NCBI GenBank assembly: GCA_041657645.1 | Contig: JBBABL010000001.1 | Coordinates: 1,407 to 65,406 of the forward strand | Length of the DNA: 64,000 nucleotides | Direction: 5' to 3' | DNA from: Minisyncoccota bacterium | GTDB lineage: Bacteria; Patescibacteriota; Minisyncoccia; Minisyncoccales; Minisyncoccaceae | In this document: positions 28,401-36,185 of the stretch, one piece after another | Layout: the number at the start of each line of letters is the position of its first letter | Position numbering within the stretch: the stretch's first letter is position 1 | Translations under genes and position numbers: made by a program | Notes under the pieces: generated by a model | What the model saw: only the letters and a program-made list of their open reading frames with translations | What the model was told of the DNA's origin: nothing | Databases searched by the model: none

Positions 28401-29573
28401 GACGCAGTAAGAATAATGACAGTTCACTCAGCAAAAGGACTAGAATTTGATTATGTTTTTGTTCCTTATCTAGTTTCAAGGTCTTTTCCATCTGATCAAA
28501 AGAGGGATCCAATAGAATTGCCTGATGATTTAATTAAAGAAGTTCTACCTCAAGGTGATTTTCACATTCAAGAAGAAAGAAGACTTTTCTATGTCGCCCT
28601 AACAAGAGCAAAAAAGGGAATGTTTTTAACATGGAGTGCTGATCATGGCGGAAAACAACTTAAAAAACCATCAAGATTTTTAATAGAATCAGAACTTATT
28701 AGTGAGGATATAATTAAGAATCAAAAGTTTGAAAGAAGTCCAGGTTTTTGTATAAAGAGGGTATTAAATTTTAAGCAAGAGTCAGACGAGACAAATGGTT
28801 CGGGAAAAGATTTAAAACTTTTTATGCCAGATCATTTTTCTTACTCTCAGTTAGAATCATTTAGAAAATGTCCCCTTGAGTATAAGCTTAAAAATATATT
28901 GAAGATACCAATAAGAGGAAAGTCAGTTTTTAGTTTTGGTAAAACTATTCACGCAGTAACTCATAAATTTGTTAATGAAGCTTTTAAAAAAGAACAAACA
29001 GATATATTCAAGAATGATTTAAAAACTCTTTATAAAATATATGACGAAGAGTGGATTTCTGATTGGTATAAATCAGCAGAAGAACAAAAAGAGTTTTATA
29101 ATAAAGGAAAAGAAATACTTAAAAATTTCTATAACGACCTTAAAGAAAATCATAACATTCTCTCAATAAATGATGAGCTAGCATTAGAAAAAGGATTTCA
29201 ACTTAAATTAAATGTAGATGTTGTAATTGGAATGATTGACAGAATTGATGAAGTAAGGGGAGGAGTTGAAATTATTGACTACAAGACAGGTTCTCCTAAA
29301 AAGACGCTATCTAAAGAAGATAAGTTGCAATTATTAATATATGCCTTAGCAGCTAAGAATGTTTTAGGACTTAATCCAGTTAAATTAACATACTATTACC
29401 TAGAAGATTGTTCAAAAGCTTCCTTTGATGTTAAAGATGGAATTATTGAAAAGACAGAAGAAGAATTAAAAGAATTAATTAAAAAAGTCAAAAGAAGTAA
29501 CTTTAAGCCTTCAGGAGGATGGCATTGTCAATTCTGTGACTTTAGAGATATTTGTGCACATAAAAAAAAATAA
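25497..29573 (+). CDS. UvrD/PcrA/AddA-type SF1 helicase with a C-terminal Cas4/AddB-like Fe-S PD-(D/E)xK nuclease, interrupted by an intein
   Basis: Helicase motifs are LIVAGAGTGKTTVL (Walker A), IMVDEFQDTN (II), VGDDDQ|...|SIFSFQGSS (III, split), NYRS, and MTVHSAKGLEFD / LFYVALTRAK (V-VI). The nuclease tail has FSYSQLESFRKCPLEY, IDRIDEV...IIDYKTG, and CQFCDFRDIC. Confidence 0.9.
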   Translation: MKDDLLSDLNKEQKEAVIFNNGPLLIVAGAGTGKTTVLTRRIAYLINNGVKPEEILAVTFTEKAAREMEERVESLLPFDYYDFWISTFHSFCDRVLKRHGLSIGIPTNYRLLESAGSWMLIKKNFDKFSFLKEYRPLGNPTKFIQALVSHFSQCKNEGIYPENYIEYEKSLKNDDNDLERIKEVAKAYEVYQQLLLDNNVLDFGDLINYTLKIFEKKKDVLERYRKQFKYIMVDEFQDTNWVQYELIKKLAHPNNNITIVGDDDQCLIGDSKIDILKDKEIKKIKIKNVKKGDDVLTAIGKGHLGLSQVKNISKSKKKTELITVKTKSGNCLTITDNHKMFCMVPSSERRIKNNYHYVYLMYRDDIGWRIGKTDNLFGRLMLERSADSIIGLRDFDSDSEARYYETLWSLKYGIPTSCFCEREGTVIKKELLRKLYEEIDVSKGVITLARDLNIDLNTHHCYLGGVNRGNKKRVKINIVMCSRNSRIKNAKDIIENPKIIHTLNIDTSIKEIIDKLEKAGFKLAKAKNGKKLVISSTDIREIGKKAKELQNLLGGFIDFKFYAGLGLDIKNKKRKNNPAKVIPAKNLLRGHYLPIKRGNDVVYDEIIDIKRESKTVDVYDLEVKGTHNFIAEEIVVHNSIFSFQGSSFNNVLRFKKDYPKSKEIVLIENYRSPQNILDLSYSFIQKNNPNRLECKLNDSEIFLDAEKKGIDLKNFKGISKKLKSNQDKDGIVELLSFEGVDQEITGVVNKIWEIKEIDDTSSFSSFSILTRTNNAADIFSRALERAGIPYQFISSKGLYTDPLIIDLISYLKVVLNFYDSLSFYRVLRLMNFSPEEVSIIIQYSDKKGIPIFESLKNSHLLSKFTSETKVKINKLIKNLNNHYNLSKDRNIGEVFVNVIQDLEYGKYIPENTEDGFRKWELIDQFYEKAKEFENSQADAKLPAFIENIQMELDAGEEGSLRKNIDSHFDAVRIMTVHSAKGLEFDYVFVPYLVSRSFPSDQKRDPIELPDDLIKEVLPQGDFHIQEERRLFYVALTRAKKGMFLTWSADHGGKQLKKPSRFLIESELISEDIIKNQKFERSPGFCIKRVLNFKQESDETNGSGKDLKLFMPDHFSYSQLESFRKCPLEYKLKNILKIPIRGKSVFSFGKTIHAVTHKFVNEAFKKEQTDIFKNDLKTLYKIYDEEWISDWYKSAEEQKEFYNKGKEILKNFYNDLKENHNILSINDELALEKGFQLKLNVDVVIGMIDRIDEVRGGVEIIDYKTGSPKKTLSKEDKLQLLIYALAAKNVLGLNPVKLTYYYLEDCSKASFDVKDGIIEKTEEELKELIKKVKRSNFKPSGGWHCQFCDFRDICAHKKK
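26292..27410 (+). mobile_element. Intein (373 aa, residues 266-638 of the helicase) with a central endonuclease-like domain
   Basis: It begins with Cys directly after VGDDDQ and ends with VVHN, followed by Ser. Hint blocks are present: CLIGDSKI (A), TITDNHKMF (B), VYDLEVKGTHNFIA (F), and EIVVHN (G). Removing it restores the canonical motif III, VGDDDQSIFSFQG. Confidence 0.85.
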
Positions 29574-29574
29574 T

Positions 29575-30576
29575 ATGAAAAAAACAAAAATTACAATATT
29601 AGGAGATGGAGCGTGGGGAACAACTTTAGCAATACTATTATCTAAAAATGGACACGAAGTAACGGTTTGGAGTGTTTTTGGTGACCATCTTGATATACTT
29701 GATAAACAAAGAGAGAATAAGAAATATTTAAAAGGGATTAAGATTCCTGAAAATATTATATTTGAAAAAGACATTAAAAAGGCAATTGAATTTGGTGAAT
29801 ATATTGTTTTTAGTATTCCTTCAAAGTTTTTTAGAAGTGTTAGCCAATTAATTAAAAAAGAAAAGATTTCTTTAAGTAAAAAAACTTTTATTAGCGTTAC
29901 CAAAGGATTAGAACAAGACTCATTAAAAAGAATGACAGAAGTTTTGAAAGAGGAACTTGGTAATGTTAAAACCTGTGTTTTATCTGGACCAACTATTGCC
30001 ATTGAAGTGGCACGTGAACTTCCTGCACTTTTAGTTATTGCCGCAAAAGACAAAAAGAATGCCGAAAGAATACAAGAAATATTTAGTAATGATTATTTTA
30101 GAGTATATACTTCTACTGATGTTGTGGGAGTGGAATTAGGAGGGCCACTTAAAAATATTATTGCGGTAGTTGCAGGAATATCTGATGGGCTTGGTTTTGG
30201 TTCAAATGCTAAGGCGGCAATACTTTCCCGTGGAATAGTTGAGATTCAAAGACTAGGAGAAAAGATGGGAGCTAAACGAAAAACATTTTATGGTCTAGCA
30301 GGATTAGGTGATCTTTCTACTACATGTATTAGTCCAGAGAGTAGAAATAGAAAACTAGGAGAAAGGATTGCTAAGGGAGAAAAACTTAAAGATATAGTTG
30401 ATTCAACAGATAGTATTATTGAAGGAGCGACAACAGCGGAGGCAGTTTACAAATTAAGCAAGAAGTATGATGTTGATATGCCAATAGTTCATTCAGTTTA
30501 TAATATTTTATATAAGAAAATGAAACCTGAAAATGCTTTGAAAATAATGATGAAAAGAGATAGGAAGCCAGAGTAA
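29575..30576 (+). CDS. gpsA: NAD(P)H-dependent glycerol-3-phosphate dehydrogenase
   Basis: It has ITILGDGAWGTTLA, SGPTIAIEVA and GLGDLSTTC. I prefer the ATG at 29575 because the track start is a GTG inside the helicase gene. Confidence 0.9.
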   Translation: MKKTKITILGDGAWGTTLAILLSKNGHEVTVWSVFGDHLDILDKQRENKKYLKGIKIPENIIFEKDIKKAIEFGEYIVFSIPSKFFRSVSQLIKKEKISLSKKTFISVTKGLEQDSLKRMTEVLKEELGNVKTCVLSGPTIAIEVARELPALLVIAAKDKKNAERIQEIFSNDYFRVYTSTDVVGVELGGPLKNIIAVVAGISDGLGFGSNAKAAILSRGIVEIQRLGEKMGAKRKTFYGLAGLGDLSTTCISPESRNRKLGERIAKGEKLKDIVDSTDSIIEGATTAEAVYKLSKKYDVDMPIVHSVYNILYKKMKPENALKIMMKRDRKPE

Positions 30577-30635
30577 CTATTGAATAATTTCAAATTATAA
30601 TATAAAGTTTAAAGAGATAATAAATAATAAAAAAC

Positions 30636-31109
30636 ATGAAGATAAATATATTTATAGAAAATCCAAAAGGAACATCAAACAAGTATGAATTAGATAAGGA
30701 GTCAGGAAAAATAATGCTTGATAGAGCACTTTATTCTTCTGTGTATTGGCCCTTTGAATATGGTTTTATAGAAAACACATTGGCTGATGATGGAGATCCA
30801 CTTGATGCATTAGTTTTAGTTAATGAACCTACTTTCCCAGGATGTGTAATTCCTTCAAAAATTATAGGAATGCTGAATATGGAAGATGAAGGAGGAATGG
30901 ATTACAAGATTATTGCCGTTCCAGATGATAAGATTGATCCAAGATTTGAACACATTAATGATATTAGTGATTTGACGGAACACCAAAGAAAAGAAATACA
31001 AGAATTTTTTGAAATATATAAAAGACTTGAACCAAATAAATGGGTAAAAGTTACGGGACTTGAACCAAAAGAAACAGCAGAAAAAATAATAGAACAATCT
31101 AAAAAATAA
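30636..31109 (+). CDS. ppa: Inorganic pyrophosphatase, family I
   Basis: It has YELDKESG, YGFIENTLADDGDPLDALV, and DYKIIAV. Confidence 0.9.
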   Translation: MKINIFIENPKGTSNKYELDKESGKIMLDRALYSSVYWPFEYGFIENTLADDGDPLDALVLVNEPTFPGCVIPSKIIGMLNMEDEGGMDYKIIAVPDDKIDPRFEHINDISDLTEHQRKEIQEFFEIYKRLEPNKWVKVTGLEPKETAEKIIEQSKK

Positions 31110-31112
31110 AAA

Positions 31113-31328
31113 ATGGAAAAATTAAACAAGGAATACAAAGTAAATAAAGAAAAGTGTTTGGGGTGTGGAAGTTGTAGTTTATCTTGTCCAGAAGGGACTG
31201 AAATGGACACAGACGGAAAGGCAGTAGTAATTAGCTCTGCTAAGGTTGAAGAGTGCGGAGGAGTTGATTTATGCCCTTATGGAGCGATTGAAATAGAGAA
31301 CGGAGCTGAGGATAACGAAGAAGAATAA
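31113..31328 (+). CDS. Small 4Fe-4S ferredoxin
   Basis: It has CLGCGSCSLSCPEG, a second cluster half with CGGVDLCPYGAI. Confidence 0.75.
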   Translation: MEKLNKEYKVNKEKCLGCGSCSLSCPEGTEMDTDGKAVVISSAKVEECGGVDLCPYGAIEIENGAEDNEEE

Positions 31329-31333
31329 GATAG

Positions 31334-31363
31334 TAACCCAAACTAAATGTTTGGGTTATTTTT
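31334..31363 (+). terminator. Intrinsic terminator after the ferredoxin gene
   Basis: A 9-bp stem (AACCCAAAC/GTTTGGGTT) closes a TAAAT loop and is followed by TTTTT. The hairpin contains the track's ATG at 31347, which argues for the 31371 start of mnmA. Confidence 0.65.
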
Positions 31364-31370
31364 ATACATA

Positions 31371-32360
31371 ATGAATAAAAAAGTATTAGTTGCTTTCTCA
31401 GGAGGAGTTGACTCAGCAGTAGCTTCTTTAATCCTTAAAGAAAAAGGATATGATGTGAAGGCTGCTTTTATGAGAATTACAAATTCTCCCTTAATAGAAA
31501 AAGGAGCAAGAGATTTATCTAAAAAGATAGGAATACCTTTCTCCGTTTTTGACTTTAGAAAAGAGTTTAATGATATTATTGTAAAATACTTTATTGATGA
31601 GTATAAGAAAGGATTAACTCCTAATCCTTGTGTTCTATGTAACAAGGAAGTAAAGTTTGGATTGTTTCTAAAAGAGGCAATGAAAATGGATTTTGATTTT
31701 ATTGCTACAGGACACTATGTTTCTGTAAAAGATGGATTAATTAAACAAGCTCGTGATTCTCATAAAGACCAGTCATATTTTTTATGGAGACTTAACAAAA
31801 AGCAAATTAGTAAAACAATATTTCCTTTGGGAAATTACATAAAAGAAGAAGTTAGGGCTATTGCTAAAAAAAAGGGAATATATTCTTTCGTTGCCCCAGA
31901 GTCTCAAGAAGTTTGTTTTATAAAGTCTGCTAATGAAGAATTTTTAAGAAAAAAAATTAAAAATAAAAAAGGAAATATAGTTGATAGAGAGGGAAATATT
32001 ATTGGAATTCATGACGGTATTTGGCTATATACTATCGGACAAAGAAAAGGGATTGGATTATCAGGTGGGCCATACTGGGTAATTGATAAAAATATTAAAA
32101 GAAATGAGATTATTGTTTCCAAGAACGAAAAAGAATTATTGTCAAAAGAGGTATTGTTTAAAAATGCGAATTGGATAAAGCCAGTAAGATTTCCATTGAG
32201 ATTAAAGGCAAAAATAAGATATGGACACAAACAAGCTTTTGGGGTATTAATAAGTAATAATAGATTTGTCTTTGATAAACCACAAAAATCAATAACAAAA
32301 GGACAATCTATCGTTTTTTATGATAAAAAAGAAGTAATAGGTGGAGGAATAATAAAATGA
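31371..32360 (+). CDS. mnmA: tRNA 2-thiouridine(34) synthase
   Basis: It has the VAFSGGVDSAV PP-loop, NPCVLCN, and KDQSYFL. Confidence 0.9.
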   Translation: MNKKVLVAFSGGVDSAVASLILKEKGYDVKAAFMRITNSPLIEKGARDLSKKIGIPFSVFDFRKEFNDIIVKYFIDEYKKGLTPNPCVLCNKEVKFGLFLKEAMKMDFDFIATGHYVSVKDGLIKQARDSHKDQSYFLWRLNKKQISKTIFPLGNYIKEEVRAIAKKKGIYSFVAPESQEVCFIKSANEEFLRKKIKNKKGNIVDREGNIIGIHDGIWLYTIGQRKGIGLSGGPYWVIDKNIKRNEIIVSKNEKELLSKEVLFKNANWIKPVRFPLRLKAKIRYGHKQAFGVLISNNRFVFDKPQKSITKGQSIVFYDKKEVIGGGIIK

Positions 32361-33511
32361 AACAAAAAATATATTTTGACTATGCGGCAACGACTCCTAT
32401 TGATCCAAGAGTTGTAAAAGCAATGGAGCCATTCTTTAATAAGAAATTTGGAAATGCATCTTCTTTGCATTGCTTTGGAAATGATACAAAAAAAGTATTA
32501 GAAAAAAACAGAAAGATAATTGCTGATGCAATAAATGCAAAAGAAGATGAGATAATTTTTACTAGCTCTGCTACAGAAAGTAATAATATTGCTTTGAAGG
32601 GTGTTGCCTTTGCAAACAAAGGAAAACATATTTTAATTTCCTCAGTTGAACACGATTGTGTTTTAAATAGTGCTAAATGGTTAAAAGGAAGGGGTTATGA
32701 TGTTGAATTTTTGCCTGTTGATCAGTACGGAATGGTTGATCCAAAAGAAGTTGAAAAAAAGATAAGAAAAGATACTATTTTAGTTTCAGTAATGCATGTT
32801 AATAACGAAGTTGGAACAATTGAACCAATTAAAGAAATAGGAAGTATTTGCCGAAAGAATAATGTCTATTTTCACACAGATGCCGCTCAAAGTTTTGGTA
32901 AATTACAAATTGATGTTGTTAGTATGAATATAGATTTATTGACAGTATCATCTCAGAAAATATATGGACCAAAAGGAGCAGCAGCTTTGTTTATTAGGGA
33001 TGGAGTAAAAATAGAACCTTTATTGCATGGAGGGGGACAAGAAATGAATATGCGTTCATCAACAGAAAATATTCCTGCTATTGTTGGTTTTGGCAAAGCA
33101 ACAGAACTGTGTCTTAAAGAAATGAAAGAAGAAAATAAGAGATTAAGCAAATTAAGAGATAGGATTATAAAAACACTATTAAAAGAAGTAAAAGACTGTT
33201 ATCTTAATGGTCATCCAAAAGAAAGAGTTTCAAATAATGTTAATGTTCGTTTTTCTTTCATTGAAGGGGAGTCAATATTATTTATGCTTGATTCTTTTGG
33301 TATAGCAATTTCAACAGCTTCAGCATGTTCTTCTCCTAAATTAGAACCGTCACATGTTTTAAGTGCTATGGGATTAAAACACGAAGAGGCGCATGGATCA
33401 ATTAGGATAAGCTTAGGAAGAATGACAAAAGATAAAGACGTTGATTATTTATTAAGTGTCTTGCCAAATGTTGTAGAAAAGTTAAGATTAATTTCACCTC
33501 ATAAAAAATAA
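32357..33511 (+). CDS. nifS: Cysteine desulfurase (NifS/IscS type)
   Basis: It has YFDYAATTP, HVNNEVGTI, the PLP-lysine region SSQKIYGPKG, and the catalytic-Cys loop SACSS. Confidence 0.9.
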   Translation: MKQKIYFDYAATTPIDPRVVKAMEPFFNKKFGNASSLHCFGNDTKKVLEKNRKIIADAINAKEDEIIFTSSATESNNIALKGVAFANKGKHILISSVEHDCVLNSAKWLKGRGYDVEFLPVDQYGMVDPKEVEKKIRKDTILVSVMHVNNEVGTIEPIKEIGSICRKNNVYFHTDAAQSFGKLQIDVVSMNIDLLTVSSQKIYGPKGAAALFIRDGVKIEPLLHGGGQEMNMRSSTENIPAIVGFGKATELCLKEMKEENKRLSKLRDRIIKTLLKEVKDCYLNGHPKERVSNNVNVRFSFIEGESILFMLDSFGIAISTASACSSPKLEPSHVLSAMGLKHEEAHGSIRISLGRMTKDKDVDYLLSVLPNVVEKLRLISPHKK

Positions 33512-33945
33512 TGTATTCAAAAGAAGTATTAAAACATTTTAAGAAACCTCATAACTACGGGAAGATTGAAAATCCTGATGGATTAGGGATAGTTGGTAAC
33601 ATGGCTTGTGGCGATGAGATGTTTGTTTATTTAAAAATAAAAGATAATGTGATTAAGAATATTAAGTTTGAAACTTTTGGCTGTGTTGCGGCAATTGCTA
33701 CAAGTAGCGTTGTGACCGATTTAGTAAAAGGAAAAACCATTAAGGAAGCTTTAAAAATAACAAAACAAAATGTTATAGATGCTTTAGGGGTTCTTCCTCC
33801 TATTAAAATACATTGTTCTGTTTTAGCGATAGATGCTTTAAATGAAGCAATATATAATTATTATTTAAAAAATGAGATTAGTGTTCCTGAAGAAATAGAA
33901 GAAAAACATAATCAAATAATTAAAAGAGAAAGTTGTCATTCATGA
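33511..33945 (+). CDS. nifU: Fe-S cluster scaffold protein (NifU/IscU N-domain type)
   Basis: It has the three conserved Cys regions ACGDEM, FGCVAAIATSS and IHCSVLA. Confidence 0.9.
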   Translation: MYSKEVLKHFKKPHNYGKIENPDGLGIVGNMACGDEMFVYLKIKDNVIKNIKFETFGCVAAIATSSVVTDLVKGKTIKEALKITKQNVIDALGVLPPIKIHCSVLAIDALNEAIYNYYLKNEISVPEEIEEKHNQIIKRESCHS

Positions 33946-34139
33946 AAATTACTAATAAAACAAAATTATCAGAAATCATTAACGATTCAAACAAAAGGAA
34001 AATATTAGAAGAATTTGATTTTCCTTGTCTTTTCTGTCCACATATGGCCGAAGAAATTGAAAAACTAGAAATCGGATTTGTTTGTGAAACTTATGGAATT
34101 GACGAGAAAGAATTAATTAAAAAACTAAACGAGCAATGA
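33942..34139 (+). CDS. DUF1858-like small redox-disulfide protein
   Basis: The protein is about 65 aa. It has a FPCLFCPH CxxC motif and an ICE-like helical tail. The ATG at 33942 overlaps the nifU TGA. Confidence 0.55.
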   Translation: MKITNKTKLSEIINDSNKRKILEEFDFPCLFCPHMAEEIEKLEIGFVCETYGIDEKELIKKLNEQ

Positions 34140-34960
34140 AAAAGAAAATAATATTTGTACTTTTAGCATTAAATATTATTTCCTTCTCTTATCTTTTTTA
34201 TTTATATTTGTCACCTGAACTTAGGGTGACTTTTTTTAATGTTGGTCAAGGGGATTCTATTTTTATAGAAACTCCTCAAGGACATCAGATTATAATTGAT
34301 GGAGGACCATCGGAAATAACCTTAGCCCAAAAACTTTCAGAAAATATGCCTTTTTGGGACAAGACAATTGATTTAATTATTTTAACTCATACGGATAGGG
34401 ATCATATTACAGGCCTCTTTGAAGTTTTAGATAATTATATTGTTGAAAATATTTTATGGTCGGGGATAGGAGAGGGCTCTAATAGTGAAATATGGAGAAT
34501 AATGATTGAAAATGAAGGTGCTAATATATATTACTCATCTTCTGTTGAGAAAGTAACCATGGGAAATGCTTCGTTAGATATTATTAGCTTCCCAGAAGTT
34601 TTTGAAAACAACAATGATAATTCAGTTATTTCAAGATTGAGATATAAAGAAAGTACATTTCTTTTTCCTGGAGATATTACTTTTAATATAGAAAAAAAGT
34701 TATTAGATAAAGATATTTCGGCAGATGTTTTAAAGGTTGCTCATCATGGTTCAAAATATTCTACCTCAGAAGAATTCTTAAATAAGGTACATCTATCTTT
34801 AGCTGTAATTCAAGTTGGAAAGAATTCTTATGGACATCCAACTAACGAGGTTTTGACACGTCTTTCAAATTTTGATATTAAAGTACTAAGAAACGATATT
34901 GATGGAGATATTAAAATTGTTTCTGATGGACTAGTTTATAAAAAAATAATTAATAAATAA
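34136..34960 (+). CDS. ComEC/Rec2-type metallo-beta-lactamase domain protein (stand-alone, single TM anchor)
   Basis: It has an N-terminal helix, FFNVGQGDSIFIETP, LTHTDRDHITG, FPGDIT, and KVAHHGSKYSTS. Confidence 0.8.
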   Translation: MKKKIIFVLLALNIISFSYLFYLYLSPELRVTFFNVGQGDSIFIETPQGHQIIIDGGPSEITLAQKLSENMPFWDKTIDLIILTHTDRDHITGLFEVLDNYIVENILWSGIGEGSNSEIWRIMIENEGANIYYSSSVEKVTMGNASLDIISFPEVFENNNDNSVISRLRYKESTFLFPGDITFNIEKKLLDKDISADVLKVAHHGSKYSTSEEFLNKVHLSLAVIQVGKNSYGHPTNEVLTRLSNFDIKVLRNDIDGDIKIVSDGLVYKKIINK

Positions 34961-34967
34961 AAATAAT

Positions 34968-36023
34968 ATGGATTTTCCAATTTCAAAAATTAAAATGGGA
35001 GATGATAGAAAATTTAATTTATCAGACCCAAAAGAAAGAGAAGAATATTTTCAATTAAAGTGTGGACCAGAAATAGAAAAGCTAAGAGAGTATTTAAAAA
35101 CAAATACTTTTATTGCTTATTTATTAGGTAAGAAGAATTCTGGAAAAGGAACTTACTCAAAAATGTTTTCCGAAGTTCTTGGAGGAGATATGATAGAGCA
35201 TTTATCAGTCGGAGATATGGTAAGAAGTATTGATGAAGAATTTCAAGACCCAGAGAAGAAAAAAGAATTGATAGAATTTCTTGAAAAACATTACAGAGGA
35301 TTTTATTCACTAGATGAAATTATTAAAAGCTTGGAAGATAGAGATACTAAAAGTTTATTGCCTGATGAAGTTATTTTAGTTTTAGTTAAAAGAGAAATAT
35401 CTAAAAGACAAGGCAAGGTTATACTATTAGATGGCTTTCCTAGAAACTTAGATCAAGTAGGGTTCTCATTATTCTTCAGAGATTTAGTTGAGTATAGAGA
35501 TGACCCAGATGTTTTTATTTTAATAGATGTTCCGATGAACATTATTAGTGAAAGAATTAAATGGAGAAGAATTTGTCCAAAATGTAATACTTCAAGAAGC
35601 TTAAAACTTCTTCCAACTTCAAAAGTTGAATATGATGAGGCAACAAAAGAATTCTATTTAATTTGTGATGAAGCAAATTGTGATGGCGGAAGAATGATTA
35701 TGAAAGAAGGAGATGAAAAAGGAATCGAACCAATAAGGGAAAGATTATTAATGGATGAAGAAATATTAAAGAGAGCATATTCATTGTACGGAGTTCCAAA
35801 AGTATTATTAAGAAATGCTATTCCTGCAGATGTTGCTCAAGAATATGTTGATAATTATGAAATGACCCCAGGATATTCTTTCAAATATGTTGACGGTAAA
35901 GTTGAAACTATTGAAGAGCCTTGGATAGTTGCTGATGACGAAGGTGTTCAATGTGTTAGTTTACAAGCTGCTCCAGTAGTTGTTTCAATGATTAAACAAC
36001 TCGTTGAAGTTTTGAAAATATAG
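34968..36023 (+). CDS. Atypical long adenylate-kinase-like nucleoside monophosphate kinase
   Basis: It has the degenerate P-loop LLGKKNSGKGTYSK, LLDGFPRNLDQ, and the Cys-containing lid RRICPKCNTS...CDEANCDG. It carries N- and C-terminal extensions relative to the adk at 52501. Confidence 0.65.
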   Translation: MDFPISKIKMGDDRKFNLSDPKEREEYFQLKCGPEIEKLREYLKTNTFIAYLLGKKNSGKGTYSKMFSEVLGGDMIEHLSVGDMVRSIDEEFQDPEKKKELIEFLEKHYRGFYSLDEIIKSLEDRDTKSLLPDEVILVLVKREISKRQGKVILLDGFPRNLDQVGFSLFFRDLVEYRDDPDVFILIDVPMNIISERIKWRRICPKCNTSRSLKLLPTSKVEYDEATKEFYLICDEANCDGGRMIMKEGDEKGIEPIRERLLMDEEILKRAYSLYGVPKVLLRNAIPADVAQEYVDNYEMTPGYSFKYVDGKVETIEEPWIVADDEGVQCVSLQAAPVVVSMIKQLVEVLKI

Positions 36024-36032
36024 TGATACAAT
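36004..36032 (+). promoter_or_regulatory. Extended -10 promoter for the downstream structured RNA
   Basis: TTGAAG (36004-36009) is followed by a 17-nt spacer ending in TGA, then TACAAT (36027-36032). The predicted start is about 36039, the first base of the terminal stem. Confidence 0.5.
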
Positions 36033-36038
36033 ATAGAT

Positions 36039-36151
36039 GGTCCTATCCAATAAATTCCGAACAACTTTTTATTCGGGAGCTAGTATATTTAACTACCTTG
36101 GTATTTGAATGAGGCACCCACGTGGATTCTTCGGATTTCACAGATAGGACC
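36039..36151 (+). ncRNA. Structured small RNA of unrecognised class
   Basis: A 9-bp terminal stem pairs GGTCCTATC (36039-47) with GATAGGACC (36143-51). Internal hairpins are CCGAA/TTCGG (36057-76), TAGT/ACTA (36081-95), and a cUUCGg-capped hairpin (36124-39). It contains the palindromes CCTTGG and CCACGTGG. A promoter lies upstream and a terminator downstream. Confidence 0.55.
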
Positions 36152-36155
36152 AAAG

Positions 36156-36185
36156 AAAACACTACTTTATGTAGTGTTTTCATTT
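36156..36185. terminator. Bidirectional intrinsic terminator
   Basis: The stem AAAACACTAC/GTAGTGTTTT closes a TTTAT loop. A U-run would follow on either strand. It ends the + strand RNA and the - strand rpmB-tRNA unit. Confidence 0.7.

Noticed and set aside
36039-36151. The structured RNA as SRP (4.5S) RNA, 5S rRNA or a riboswitch.
   Set aside because: There is no GNRA-capped helix 8 with the AGCA/GGAA-type SRP motif on either strand. The CCGAAC and UGGUA strings recall 5S, but only 9 nt separate the terminal stem from CCGAAC, where 5S needs about 30 nt for helices II and III. No downstream ORF exists for a riboswitch. I therefore left it unclassified rather than naming a family.
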